Below, piece by piece: positions 49,176-62,356 of a stretch of DNA of 64,000 nucleotides. The notes under the pieces are model-generated. The model did not search any database and was not told the origin of the DNA. It worked only from the letters and a program-made list of their open reading frames with translations. Source of the stretch: Lingula anatina (Eukaryota; Animalia; Brachiopoda); NCBI GenBank assembly GCA_051362555.1, contig CM120648.1:4026587-4090586 (forward strand), written 5' to 3'. The position numbers and the translations under genes are program-made. How positions within the stretch are numbered: the first letter of the stretch is position 1; each line of letters opens with the position of its first letter.

Positions 49176-50966
49176 TATAGTACAAGAACGATAACGAAGA
49201 ACAAGCGCACAAACCATGATACATTCCCTGGCTGCTGTCGGTAACCATACTGGTCTTGGGCATAGGCCTTTTTCTGTGTCATCGGAGCTAATTTCACTTT
49301 ATTTGTCGAGGTCAAATCTTGCACAGGAAATTTGTGTTCTTTAAGAATTTTAGTAAATACTGGGTATATTTTGTCAAAAACCTTAATGCTTACAAATTTC
49401 AAAAGCCTGCGTGCGTGCTCCTTCTTGGAGGAGTAGCTGATTTTTTTATTAATAAAAATAAATGTTAATTCTGAAATTAGAAAAATCCAGAAATACGTTT
49501 AAGTACAGTATTTCAATATTTTAGTAATAAGTGCTAAGCACCTGATCTATAGTGGCGGTCTTTTTTTGCACGGAATACTCTCGCATTTCCACTGCAAGCG
49601 TTCACAAAAATGTAATAAGTTCATTTCTTAAATGGCTGTTTATTCCGGCCAAGTTATTTTGGCTAGGTTTTAAGCAATGGTCTAGTAATCAAACACGCCA
49701 AATCATTTTGAAGTTACTGATGCGCTCTGTTCAAGTGAATATTTTTCAATCCCTTTAAGTGTTTGTGCGCAATAGCCATCAGTACACACGCCAACCACAT
49801 AATGGTGCATGCAATTGAAATCATGTTTTTTTAAGGTACACAATGCGCGGTAGACCTTGTCAAGTGAAATTGTCATTAAATTTCACCAATTTTCCCTTGA
49901 TCACCTTACCAAACCTGTTGAGACGATGTACCCTTTAACCCGTTTTTTTTTTTTTTTTTTTTGGGGGGGGGGGGGGGGAGGAGGAGGAGGGAGGGGTAAT
50001 TTATTTTCTTTGGTTCATGGCCATTATGAGAGAGACTCAAAAACAAGAAACGTACAACTCTAAAACTTGTTTTTGGATCGTATATCCATGATTTTGGATA
50101 TAATATATAGTACAAGAACGGTAACGAAGAACAAGCGCCAAAACCATGATAAATTCCCTGGCTGCTGTCGGTAACCATACTGGTCTTGGGCATAGGGCTA
50201 TCTCTGTGTCATCAGCGTTAATTTCAATTTATTTGTCGAGGTCAAATCTTGCAAAAGAAATTTGTTCTTTAAGAATTTTAGTAAATACTGGACTATATTT
50301 ATTATGTCAAAAACTGTAATGCTTACAAATTTCAAAAGCCTATGTGCGTGCTCCTTTTTTGAGAAGAAGCTGATTTTGTTAATTAACGACAATAAATGTT
50401 CTCCTGAAATTAAAAAAAAATTCTAGAAACACGTTTGGGTACAGTATTTCAATATTATAGCAATAAGTGCTAAGCTGAACGGTTAAGCAGTGAAAACATG
50501 AAAAAAACATGAGCAAAACTTCAACCCTTAATCTTTCAGAGGCGATAGTGGTCTAGATGATAGCAAAATTGAAGCAATACTAGCAACTTGCAAATGTGCT
50601 AAGCACGGGTTATTTGAGGCATGAAAAAAAAACCATTACGCCATCTCAGCTGTGCGTTTTCATTATCTAAATGACAGAAGCGTACCTCACACGCAGCCTC
50701 CGCTTTCTATTTAAGCGGCCTTTCCGTCAAAAACCCGTCATTGAGCAAGCCGGAGATTGTTCTGGGAAGAGATCAGAAGTGTGGTGGCATAAAGAAACAT
50801 ATGTGGAACGAAAGGAAAGAAACTTGCCATTAACTTTTTCTTTCTATGAGGAAAAAACATTGCAATCATTGCTTAGTGTAGACAGGCCAAGGTGACTAAC
50901 AAGTACAAAAACATCTGCCGGGTAAGCCGAACAATAACTGCATAAGATTTGCATCGCACTACCAAA

Positions 50967-53867
50967 ATGCTGTTTTATCTCATCCCTTTTTGTCTCGTGC
51001 GCTTCTCGATGTACCAGCTTATGTCCCTGCTTGGTGTCACCCCTACCGGAGACCTGGCTGGGAGAATTGATGCCTTTAATTGTCATTTTAACCTCTCTGC
51101 CGAGAGTTTCAATCAAATAATGTTCACAGCCGGGATACGCGCAGAAGTGTCTCAACAAACGCTGTTTAGTTTATTGGCTGAAGAATGCCAATACGACGTG
51201 TTCACTTTTTACCAAGAAGCTCCACGGGCTCATCCCGTGTTTGTCATCGGGGTAAACGCGACCCAGTGTCGCATATTCATAGACGAGAGCAACGAGAACG
51301 AAATGACCTTCATCGAATTGAAAAGGAAGCTAGACGAACTCGTTTCGGTCGGTCTCTCGGCAACAAAACAAATCGTCAATGAAGCTAACGGAATCACTGT
51401 TAACCGCACGGTGGGTGTGAACACTACAAGAACTGCGGGAAATGTATCTTCCTGGGTACTAACGGACACGAAAACCATTTGTCTCCGTGCATCCCCAAAG
51501 AGGCGACTCAACGAAACTGGGAATTCGCTCAGTCTTGATGCCGCGAGCAAGAAGGAATCCGAAAAGATAGTGAACAATGTTCTCAACGAGAATTATGGTC
51601 TGCGTTATTTCTTATGTCTAGTTAAAAGACGAGCTGAAAATGACGTGGTCCTTGGAAATCCTCTGTTCTCCCCATCCACTTATGACGGCCCTTGTGGTTT
51701 GACCGAACTTTCCCCGTCAGATTTCGTGGCTGAATTCATGATGGGTACATCAGAGGAAGAATGTGACAGATTAAACAGCTCCCTGTCTATGCCCCAAGCC
51801 TACGTCTGCGCGTTATACGAAGAGAAACTCAACAAACATAGGTTATTGTGTCCACTCAGTCACCACGTAGCCAATTTCACGTTGTTGGAGCCAAAAGCTC
51901 TCGTTAGCATGGCTTGTGCCGACCTCCTGCCAAACGGCGCGGAACTTTTTACAGTGGATATCGTCGAGGACAGCCTAAAATGCGTCTCAGCAGTTTTACC
52001 TAAAGAGACATTTGAAGAAAACCAAAGATTCAGCACAACCTTGGCGTATGTGTCGGTAGTGATGTGCCCTTTAGGCATCATCATCGATGGGATCCTCGTC
52101 TCTATTTTAAAACGCGGAGGAAAATCCGTTTTTTCCGAATCGGCGTTGTTCCTCTTTATCACGTACGCCACGGTTAGCATATGTCGTCTGTCCATGGAGT
52201 TGACCTGCAGCATTTTCATAATTGTACACCTATCCGACATCTACTTCTACAAGACCGTTTTTCCTGATTGGGTATGCACGTTGTTGGCAGTGGGGTATAC
52301 GTTTACGTACGACTGGTGCGTCTTCATGACCTTCGTCATTACCGTCAACCGGTTCATTGTCGTCTGCTTCCCTTTGAAGAAACAAACAGGCAGTGCAACG
52401 TTAAAAGGTGTAAGTAACTCTATATTGTATTCTTATTCAAAAATAAACTTCTTTTCCTCAAAGAGTTGTAAATTCTTGTTTGCTTGCTTGTGTTTGGTTT
52501 TATCTATTTTTTTTTTTTTTTTTTTTTTGTGTTTTGATGTGAAAAGAAAAATAATATTAAACGCACAAGGTAAGATCCTTACGCGCATTCTTTACAGCTT
52601 GCAAGAGATTGAAGGCTAACTTTTATTATGTCATACTCAGGTATGTTTGTTATGTTCCAATGTTTCATTACGGAAGGTTTTTGAAACAAAATACAAAATA
52701 TTAAACCTTAATTAAATTACTGAAGTCGGAAACCCGACGTTACAGAGCGGACGCTGCGACATAGAGCATTTAATAAATTATTGGTCCTCAACAAATGTAG
52801 ATTACATACCGATATTTAGTTGGTTTGGACGTCAGCGTTTAGAGAAATAGAACCTTAGCATTAGTATTAAAAAATCACACTGTATTTTGATAAAAAAATA
52901 GGCTATCGAACAAACTGCGGACTTAATTCAGTTTTTTTATTAACGTATTAATACAGTTATCAATTTCAAAATTATTTTTTCTCGTAATTATTATTTTGTT
53001 CTTGTATATTGTATTTTGAATCAATTTAATTTTTTGACCGTGTTCGATCGTTATTATGATACACCGAGCAGCACTTTTAGCTTTAGATTTTTTTCATAAC
53101 TGCTTTATGTGACCGTTTAACAACTGTTGATTTCTTTCCAAATTAAAGGGTACTATATACTAAACAAAACGACAAGAATAATGGTAAAAATCTAAATAAT
53201 GCAAATATCACAGGTGTGCGGCACCGACGTTACGCTTATGTTCCCTTTTTAGTTGAAAAATCACCTTTTCTTTCCACAGATAACCATCGGATTCTTACTA
53301 TTCTTTGTGTGTTGTTCTGCGTACTTGGCTGTTCACCGTCACGTCAGCGACGACACCTCGTGCCCTACCAATAACCTGTCCAACGTGGAGTTCATCACAG
53401 CGTTCAGAATCTATTTCACTGCGCACACGTCGGCTTACTGCTTACTTTTCTTCGGTATTTTGATAATGAATACCAAGATAATACACCGAATATGGTCACA
53501 GGTACAAATGCGCAAGAGCCTCACCACAAGCCAGGCCGCTTTCCAGACCCCGAAAAAGGAGATAGTCAGCACCGTTTCTTTAGTAGGAGTATCGGTGTTG
53601 TTTTTTATCCTCTGTGCGCCGCAGTGTGTGTGCATGATGTTGCAGTCATTTCTGAATTATGATTTGTTGAACGAGTTCTTTGACGTTTTCATCATGTTTG
53701 ATGCAGTGTCCAGAATAAGTTTTCTGATCCACACTAGTATATGTTTGCCTGTCATCTTGGTTTGCGGTTCTCAATTCCGTCAGACGTTCAAAGAAAAAGT
53801 CGGAGGGTTTTTCTCCAGCTTGGTTTCCTCTAAATCCACCAAATCCACCACCAACACAAACAACTAA
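50967..53867 (+). CDS. Orphan 7TM receptor with Cys-rich ectodomain, copy 2, 676 aa; exons 50967-52409, 53280-53867
   Basis: Intact paralog of copy 1 with the same intron position and phase. Confidence 0.85.
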
Positions 53868-54789
53868 ACCTATTTCGCTGTCCCGCCCAACCTCCTCTCT
53901 CCCTCTCTCTCTCTCTTTCTCTCTCTCGGATCATACAACTATACAGTAAAATCTTGAATTAAGCTTCTTGGTATTCATATTCCCTTGTCAAGAGCTAAAA
54001 TTAAAAGTATTCTTTAAAAGCTTTTTTTTTCATATCGATCCTAAAATGGCCATGTTATTCAAGCTTTGTAAAATCCAAGATTTAGATATCGTGTATAATT
54101 ATTTGAAGGATTTCGGTGCTTGGAACAGGTAGGCAAACTTCAAAGGTTGAATCTTTTGGGAGATGTTTTAAATAATGTTGTTAAATTCCTGTATTGGTGT
54201 GGTACCTTTGAGGCTGACATAAATGTATGCTCACTCTTGGTTTTTGTGGTAGTATGTAGATTTATTCCTTGTTTATTCCTTATTGCTGTTAAATAAATCT
54301 GTTAGGAAACCTTCTTCCTCTAAATAGTCCATATTTTGGTGAGAGACACCAAAATATGTTTCCCTTGATAATCTCTTTTCAAGACAATACTGTAAATAAT
54401 AATTATTTTTATAAATCCCTTTCTGGTGTATTCTTGGAGCTCCATCTGCTGGTCCATCACGACAGCAAAATAAAATTATTTAAAAATTACTGACAATAAA
54501 ACTACAAAATGACAAAGATACTGAAAATCTGCAGTACTAAGGTAGAACACCGCTTTTAATAACTCACACATTGTGAAACCTGTTAAAATATGTTTTCAGG
54601 GAAGTGTTAAGAGTCACTTTTTTCGCATGTCTGTTTATTATAATAATAAAGTGTTATCACTGTTAAAGTAAAATAAATATTTGGTATTCCAGGCACCAAC
54701 AGCATGAAACCGAAACTGATCTACACGTTGTGTTAGGTGAGATTGCTGATCGTGTGCAGTATCGAATGAGATTTGTTTCCATTTTTAAA

Positions 54790-55388
54790 TTTTGTTGTTG
54801 TTGCTGTACGTTAAATAAAGATATAAAAGGGAATTACTTTTTGTTTATTGTTATTTGCGTGGTGCAGAACTCTAGAAACTCTAGAACCTGCAAGCTGAGA
54901 AAAAGTTTTGCTGGAATTTCCAAAATGTTAGAAAAGAAGAAAAGAAAAAATAAAGTATTGAACACAAAGAAGTTTTTTATTTTTATTTCTTTACTAAAAG
55001 GCACGTATCTGATTTTTTGATTTGGTATAAACATGCATGGGCATGGTCCATGGTTACGGCAATTTTATGCCACGTACGCCATCTTCCGCTAAAACTTCTT
55101 AACAAATCATTTCGGGTTAGTAATTAAATATTTATTTTTCAAGATTCCGTACTTTGCAGCGCATAGTTGTTCTAATGCCTGCTGTGAAATCGAAATTTGG
55201 TATCATGAATTTCATTCCAAAACCCTAACGAAACGCCAGAGAAAAATATAGAGAGACTGAGCATGGCTGGCAAACAAAGATGCTGGCATTGTCGTCAATA
55301 ACAAGTACCGCTTTACGTTAGTTCAGTAGACATCATGAATTACTTTGGCATGTAGGCCTATACAAAAACTGTTTGTTGAACTGACCTG

Positions 55389-55419
<31 letters not shown>

Positions 55420-55602
55420 ATGTTAACTTAACATTCAATCATTTGCAGAAATCTCATTTACTCATTATAACTATTGCGTTTTCTTTTTATTATTATTGGA
55501 AAATGGAAACTTACATTTTGGTCATAATGCTTTAGTTGAACTGCATGGGAAACTACTTGAAACACCAGTAAAATAAAATTAAGAATTGAAACCAAGATTC
55601 CC

Positions 55603-55650
<48 letters not shown>

Positions 55651-55690
55651 AAATACTCTGAACGCTAAAAAATACCAAAGTCCTACTGAC
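54790..55690 (-). pseudogene. Further-decayed remnant of the Cys-rich peptide gene (exon 2 homolog 55565-55515 only)
   Basis: VFQVVSHAVQLKHYDQN|gtaagt with a TG acceptor; the exon 3 region is deleted relative to 45630-46350. Confidence 0.7.
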
Positions 55691-55899
55691 CCCCCCCCCC
55701 CCTTTGATTTCTGAAAAAAAATCACATCAGTTTTCCACTCTGGAAATTAGAATTTTGACTAGCTGAATAATAGTTCTAAATTGCACCAAATGGCACCGTT
55801 CTTCCCGAACCCCACGACAATAGGGGGGGGGGGGGGGGGGGGGTCCGGCTTCGTATCCGCGGATCCCCCTTTCAAATAATCCTGGATCCGCCTCTGAAT

Positions 55900-56430
55900 A
55901 GTAAACTTATCTGGAAAGAAAAAAACCATGAAGAACGTAAAGAAGACACGAGGAAGTATGTATTGTTTAAGATCACTCAGGACTTTTATCGACAGTGTGC
56001 CTATTTTAGTTAATTTTTACAGGGATGTGATCAAAAATATTCTGACGTATGGTTTATCAATAAGGTTTAACGGGAGTACAGGGGAGGAACATAAAAATCT
56101 AAGTAATGTTGTCAAAACTGCAAGTAAGATTGTTGGACAGGATCTCCCCAAGCTGAATGATATTTTTAAGCCACATTGAAGAAAAGGACTGAAAACATCA
56201 TAAGAGACTCTTCTCACGTGCAGCCAGTATTAGGCCTACAACGTTTTACATTTTGACGTAGCAACAGCAGACTCTTAACTTTCAAAGGAAGTAAACACTT
56301 TTTAAAGAGTTTTTATCCGAGTGCAGTATAATGCATATTTTAATATTAAATGAAATAAATTTTAAATTAAAAACTTTTTATACCTAATTCTTAATTTATC
56401 TTTTTATTGTATTACTTTTACTTTATACAC
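55900..56430 (+). mobile_element. LINE 3' fragment, duplicate of 47460-47990
   Basis: Near-identical to 47460-47990. Confidence 0.7.
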
Positions 56431-57107
56431 ATAACAAATTTGCTGAAAAGGAAGATGATTTCCTAATTTTATAATTGGCTAAATAAACAATTAATTTAAT
56501 GCATTCCACCTATCGTGACGGTCTTCTTCTGCACGAAAAAATTGCGCATTACCATAACAGGCGTTCACAAAATTATAAGGCTCATTTCGTAAATAACCGT
56601 AAGTCATTCTGGTCAAGCTATTTTTCTGAGGTTGGGAACACCGGTCTATTAATCAAACACGACAAATCTTTTGCAGTTTCTGATTCGCTCTGTTCAAGTC
56701 GATATTTTTCAATTCTTTAAAGTGGTTGGGTGCAATATCCATTAATACACACGCCAGTTACATGCATGCTATGTAATCATATCTTTTAAAGGTACCCAGT
56801 GCACGTTAGAACTTGTCAAGTGAATTTGTCATTTAATTTCAACAATTTTCTCTTCAACACCAAGGTGCACATGCACTGGTACCTTACCAAACCTGTTGAG
56901 ACTATTATAATATGATATCGATCTACCGTTTACCCCATCTTTTTTTTTTCTTTGGGGGGGGGGGGGGGGGAGGTCCTAATTCATTTTTTTAGTTGCAATT
57001 GAAATTCACCACTCTTCATAGCCATTATGAGAGAGACTCAAAAACAAGAAACTTACAACTTAAAAACTTGTTTTGTTTTTCGTATAGCCATGATTTTGTA
57101 TATGATA

Positions 57108-57630
57108 CAACATTGGTCAAAAAGGTTGTCCCACCCCCAATTTCATGTGCTTTTATTTACAAATGATCAAGTCATTGGTGTTAATTGTTCTATACAATGC
57201 TTTTAATTCCAGATACCATAACTTACATGATTAATCGTTTAGAATACAAAATAGAGGTGAAAATATCAGTATTTCATAACATTAATTCAAATTAAAAGTA
57301 TGGACCCCCTCAAATCCGGCGTCTCACTGTGATTTGCACAGAAGCAAAGAAATGTCTGTTGAATTAAAAAGACATCGCCAAAAATTTCGTTGCCTCTGTG
57401 GAAATCACAGTGAGACGCCGGATTTGAGGGGATGCATACTTTAAATTTGTATTTATGTTAAGAAATACAGATATTTTTGCCTCTATTTTGTATTTTCTGA
57501 ATTACTAATTTGTAAGATGTGGTATTTGAAATAAAAAGCATTGTTTATAGCAATGTACACCTGTGAGGTGAACGTTTGTAAATTAAAACACATGGAATTG
57601 GGGGTGGGACAACCTTTTTGACCAATGTTG
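57108..57630. mobile_element. Tc1/mariner-type fold-back MITE, duplicate of 48652-49175
   Basis: Same TIRs and TA flanks. Confidence 0.88.
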
Positions 57631-59457
57631 TATAGTACAAGAACGATAACGAAGAACAAGCGCACAAACCATGATACATTCCCTGGCTGCTGTCGGTAAC
57701 CATACTGGTCTTGGGCATAGGCCTATTTCTGTGTCATCGGAGCTAATTTCACTTTATTTGTCGAGGTCAAATCTTGCACAGGAAATTTGTGTTCTTTAAG
57801 AATTTTAGTAAATACTGGGTATATTTTGTCAAAAACCTTAATGCTTACAAATTTCAAAAGCCTGCGTGCGTGCTCCTTCTTGGAGGAGTAGCTGATTTTT
57901 TTGATTAATAAAAATAAATGTTAATTCTGAAATTAGAAAAATCCAGAAATACGTTTAAGTACAGTATTTCAATATTTTAGTAATAAGTGCTAAGCACCTG
58001 ATCTATAGTGGCGGTCTTTTTTTGCACGGAATACTCTCGCATTTCCACTGCAAGCGTTCACAAAAATGTAATAAGTTCATTTCTTAAATGGCTGTTTATT
58101 CCGGCCAAGTTATTTTGGCTAGGTTTTAAGCAATGGTCTAGTAATCAAACACGCCAAATCATTTTGAAGTTACTGATGCGCTCTGTTCAAGTGAATATTT
58201 TTCAATCCCTTTAAGTGTTTGTGCACAATAGCCATCAGTACACACGCCAATTACATAATGGTGCATTCTATGTAATCACATCTTTTAAAGGTAGCCTACA
58301 CAATGCGCGGTAGACCTTGTCAAGTGAAATTGTCATTAAATTTCACCAATTTTCCCTTGATCACCTTACCAAACCTGTTGAGACGATGTACCCTTTAACC
58401 CGTTTTTTTTTTTTTTTTTTTTTTTTTTTGGGGGGGGGGGAGGAGGAGGAGGGAGGGGTAATTTATTTTCTTTGGTTCATGGCCATTATGAGAGAGACTC
58501 AAAAACAAGAAACTTACAACTCTAAAACTTGTTTTTGGATCGTATATCCATGATTTTGGATATAATATATAGTACAAGAACGGTAACGAAGAACAAGCGC
58601 CAAAACCATGATAAATTCCCTGGCTGCTGTCGGTAACCATACTGGTCTTGGGCATAGGGCTATCTCTGTGTCATCAGCGTTAATTTCAATTTATTTGTCG
58701 AGGTCAAATCTTGCAAAAGAAATTTGTTCTTCAAGAATTTTAGTAAATACTGGACTATATTTATTATGTCAAAAACTGTAATGCTTACAAATTTCAAAAG
58801 CCTATGTGCGTGCTCCTTTTTTGAGAAGAAGCTGATTTTGTTAATTAACGACAATAAATGTTCTCCTGAAATTAAAAAAAATTCTAGAAACACGTTTGGG
58901 TACAGTATTTCAATATTATAGCAATAAGTTCTAAGCTGAAACGGTAAAGCAGTGAAAACATGAAAAAAAAAAACACGAACAAAACTTCAACCCTTAATCT
59001 TTCAGAGACGATAGTGGTCTATATGATAGCAAAATTGAAGCAACACTAGCAACTTGCAAATGTGCTAAGCACGGGTTATTTCAGGCATGAAAACCCCCAT
59101 TACGCCATCTCAACTGTGCGTTTTCATTATCTAAATGACAGAACCATACCTCACACGCAGCCTCCGCCTTCTACTTAAGCGGCCTTTTCCGTCAAAAATC
59201 CGTCATTGAGCAAGCCGGAGATTGTTCTGGGAAGAGATCAGAAGAGTGGTGGCATAAAGAAACATATGTGGAATGAAAGGAAAGAAACTTGCCATTAACT
59301 TTTTTCTTTCTGTGAGGAAGAAACATTGCAATCATTGCTTAGTGTAGACAGGCCAAGGTGACTAACAAATACAAAAACATCTGCCGGGTAAGCTGAACAC
59401 TATTTGCAGAATATTTAAATTCTTCAAAGAACTCACGATTTGTATCGTACTACCAAA

Positions 59458-61000
59458 ATGCTGTTTTATCTCATCCCTTTTTGTCTCGTGCGCTTCTCGA
59501 TGTACCAGCTTATGTCCCTGCTTGGTGGCACCCCTACTGGAGACCTGGCTGGCAGAATTGATGCCTTGTCCAATTGTCATTTTAACCTCTCTGCCGACAG
59601 TTTCGATCAAATCATGTCCTCTGCCGGGATACGCGCAGAAGTGTCTCAACAAACGCTGTTTAATTTATTGACTCAAGAATGCCAATTCGACGTGTTCACT
59701 TTTTATCAAGAAGCTCCACGGGCTCATCCCGTTTTTGTCATCGGGGTGAACGAGACCCAGTGTCGCACATTCATAGACGAGGGCAACGAGAACGAAATTA
59801 CCTTCATTGAATTGAAAAGGAAGCTAGACGAACTCGTGTCGGTCGGTCTCTCAGCAACAAAACAAATCGTCGATGTAGCTAACGGAATCAATGTTAAACG
59901 CATGGTGGGTGTGAACACTACAAGAACCGCGGGAAATGTATCTGACTCGGCACTAACGGACAAGAAAACCGTTTGTCTCCGCGCATCCCCAAAGAGGCGA
60001 CTCAACGAAACTGAGAATTCTCTCACTCTTGATAGCACGAGCAAGAAAGAATCCGAAAAGATAGTGAACAATGTACTCAACGAGAATTATGGTCTGCGTT
60101 ATTTCTTATGTCTAGTTAAAAGACGAGCTGAAAATGACGTGGTCCTTGGAAATCCTCTGTTCTCCCCCTCCACTTATGACGGCCCTTGTGGTTTGACTGA
60201 ACTTTCTCCGTCAGATTTCGTGGCTGAACTCATGCTGGGTACATCAGAGGAAGAATGTGACAAATTAAACAGCTCCCTGCCCCAAGCCTACGTCTGCGCG
60301 TCATATGAAGTTAAATTCACCACACACAGGTTATTGTGTCCACTCAGTCACCACGTGGCCGATTTCACGTTGTTGGAGCCAAAAGCTCTCGTTAGCATGG
60401 CATGTGCAGACCTCCTGCCAGACGGCGTGGAACTTTTGACAGTGGATATCGTGGACGACGGTCTAAAATGCGTCTCAGCAGTTTTACCTAAAGGGACATA
60501 TGAAGATGACCAAAGATTCAGCACAACCTTGGCGTATGTATCGGTGGTGATGTGCCCTTTAGGCATCATCCTCGATGGGATCCTCGTCTCTATTTTACAT
60601 AGCGGAGGAAAATCTGCTTTTTCCGAATCGGCGTTGTTCCTCTTTATCACGTACGCCACGGTTAGCATATGTCGTCTAGTTATGGAGTTGACCTGCAGTA
60701 TTTTCTTAATTGTACATGTATCTAACATCTACTTCTACAAGACCGTTTTTCCTGATTGGGTATGCACGTTGACGGTAATGGGGTATACGTTTACGTACGA
60801 CTGGTGCGTCTTCATCACCTTCTTCATTACTGTCAACCGGTTCATTGTCGTCTGCTTCCCTTTGAAGAAACAAACAGGCAGTGCAACGTTAAAAGGTGTA
60901 AGTAACCCTATATTGTATTCTTATTCAAATATAAACTTCTTTTCCTCAAGGAGTTGTAACTTCTTGTTTGCTTGCTTGTGTTTGGTTTTATCTATTTTTT

Positions 61001-61032
<32 letters not shown>

Positions 61033-62356
61033 TTTGATGTGAAAAGAAAAATAAATAATATTAAACGCACAAGGAAATGTTCTTACGCGCATTCTTTACA
61101 GCTTGCAAGAGATTGAAGGCTAACTTTTTTATGTCATACTCAGGTATCTTGTTATATGTTCCAATGTTTCATTACGGAAGATTTTTGAAACAAAACACAA
61201 AATATTAAACCTTAATTAAATTACTGAAGTCGGAAACCCGACTTTACAGAGCGGAAGCTGCGACATAGAGCATTTAATTAATTATTGGTCCTCAACAAAT
61301 GTAGATTACATAAACATGTTTAGTTGGGTTTGGACATCAGCCTTTAGAGAAATAGATCCTTAGCAATATAAAGAACCACACTGTATTTTGATTAAAAAAA
61401 AGTCTATTGAGCAAACTGCGGACTTAATTCTGTTTTTTTATTAACTTATCAAAACAGTTAGCAATTTAAAATTTTTTTCTCATAATTATTATTTTGTTCT
61501 TGTATTTCGAATCAATTTAAGTTTTTGACCGTGTTTGATCGTTATTATGAGGTACCGAGCAGCACTTTCAGCTTTAGATTTTTTTCATTACTGCTTTATG
61601 TGACCGTTTAACAACTGTTGATTTCTTTCCAAATTAAAGGGTACTATACTTACAAAACGGCAAGAATAATGGTACTAGTCTAAATTATGTAAATATCACA
61701 GGTGTGAGGCACCGACGTTACGCATATGTTCCCTTTTTAGTAGAATAAACCACCTTTTCTTTCCACAGATAATCATCGGTTCATTACTATTCCTTGTGTG
61801 TTGTTCTGCGTACTTGGCTGTTCACCGTCACATCACCGGGGACACCTCTTGCCCTGCCAACAACCTGTCCAACGTGGAGTTCATCACAGCGTTCAGAATC
61901 TACTTCACTGCCCACACATCAGCTTACTGCCTGCTTTTCTTCGGTATTTTGATGATGAATTCCAAGATAATACACCGAATATGGTTACAGGTGAGAATAC
62001 GCAAGAGCCTTACCACAAGCCGGGCCGCTTTCCAGACCCCGAAAAAGGAGATAGTTAGCACCGTTTCTTTAGTAGGAGTATCGGTGTTGTTTTTTATCCT
62101 CTGTGGGCCGCAGTGTGTGTGTATGATGTTGCAGTCATTTCTGAATTATGATTTGTTGAACGAGTTCTATGATGTTATCAGCATTTTTGATGCAGTGTCC
62201 AGGATAAGTTTTCTGATCCACACTAGTATATGTTTGCCCATCATCCTGGTTTGTGGTTCTCAGTTCCGCCAGATGTTTAAAGAAAAAATCGGAGGATTTT
62301 TCTCCGGTTTGGTTTTGTCTAATTCCACCAAGTCCACCACCAACACAACCAACTGA
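59458..62356 (+). CDS. Orphan 7TM receptor with Cys-rich ectodomain, copy 3, 675 aa; exons 59458-60897, 61769-62356
   Basis: Intact paralog with the same intron position and phase. Confidence 0.85.
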
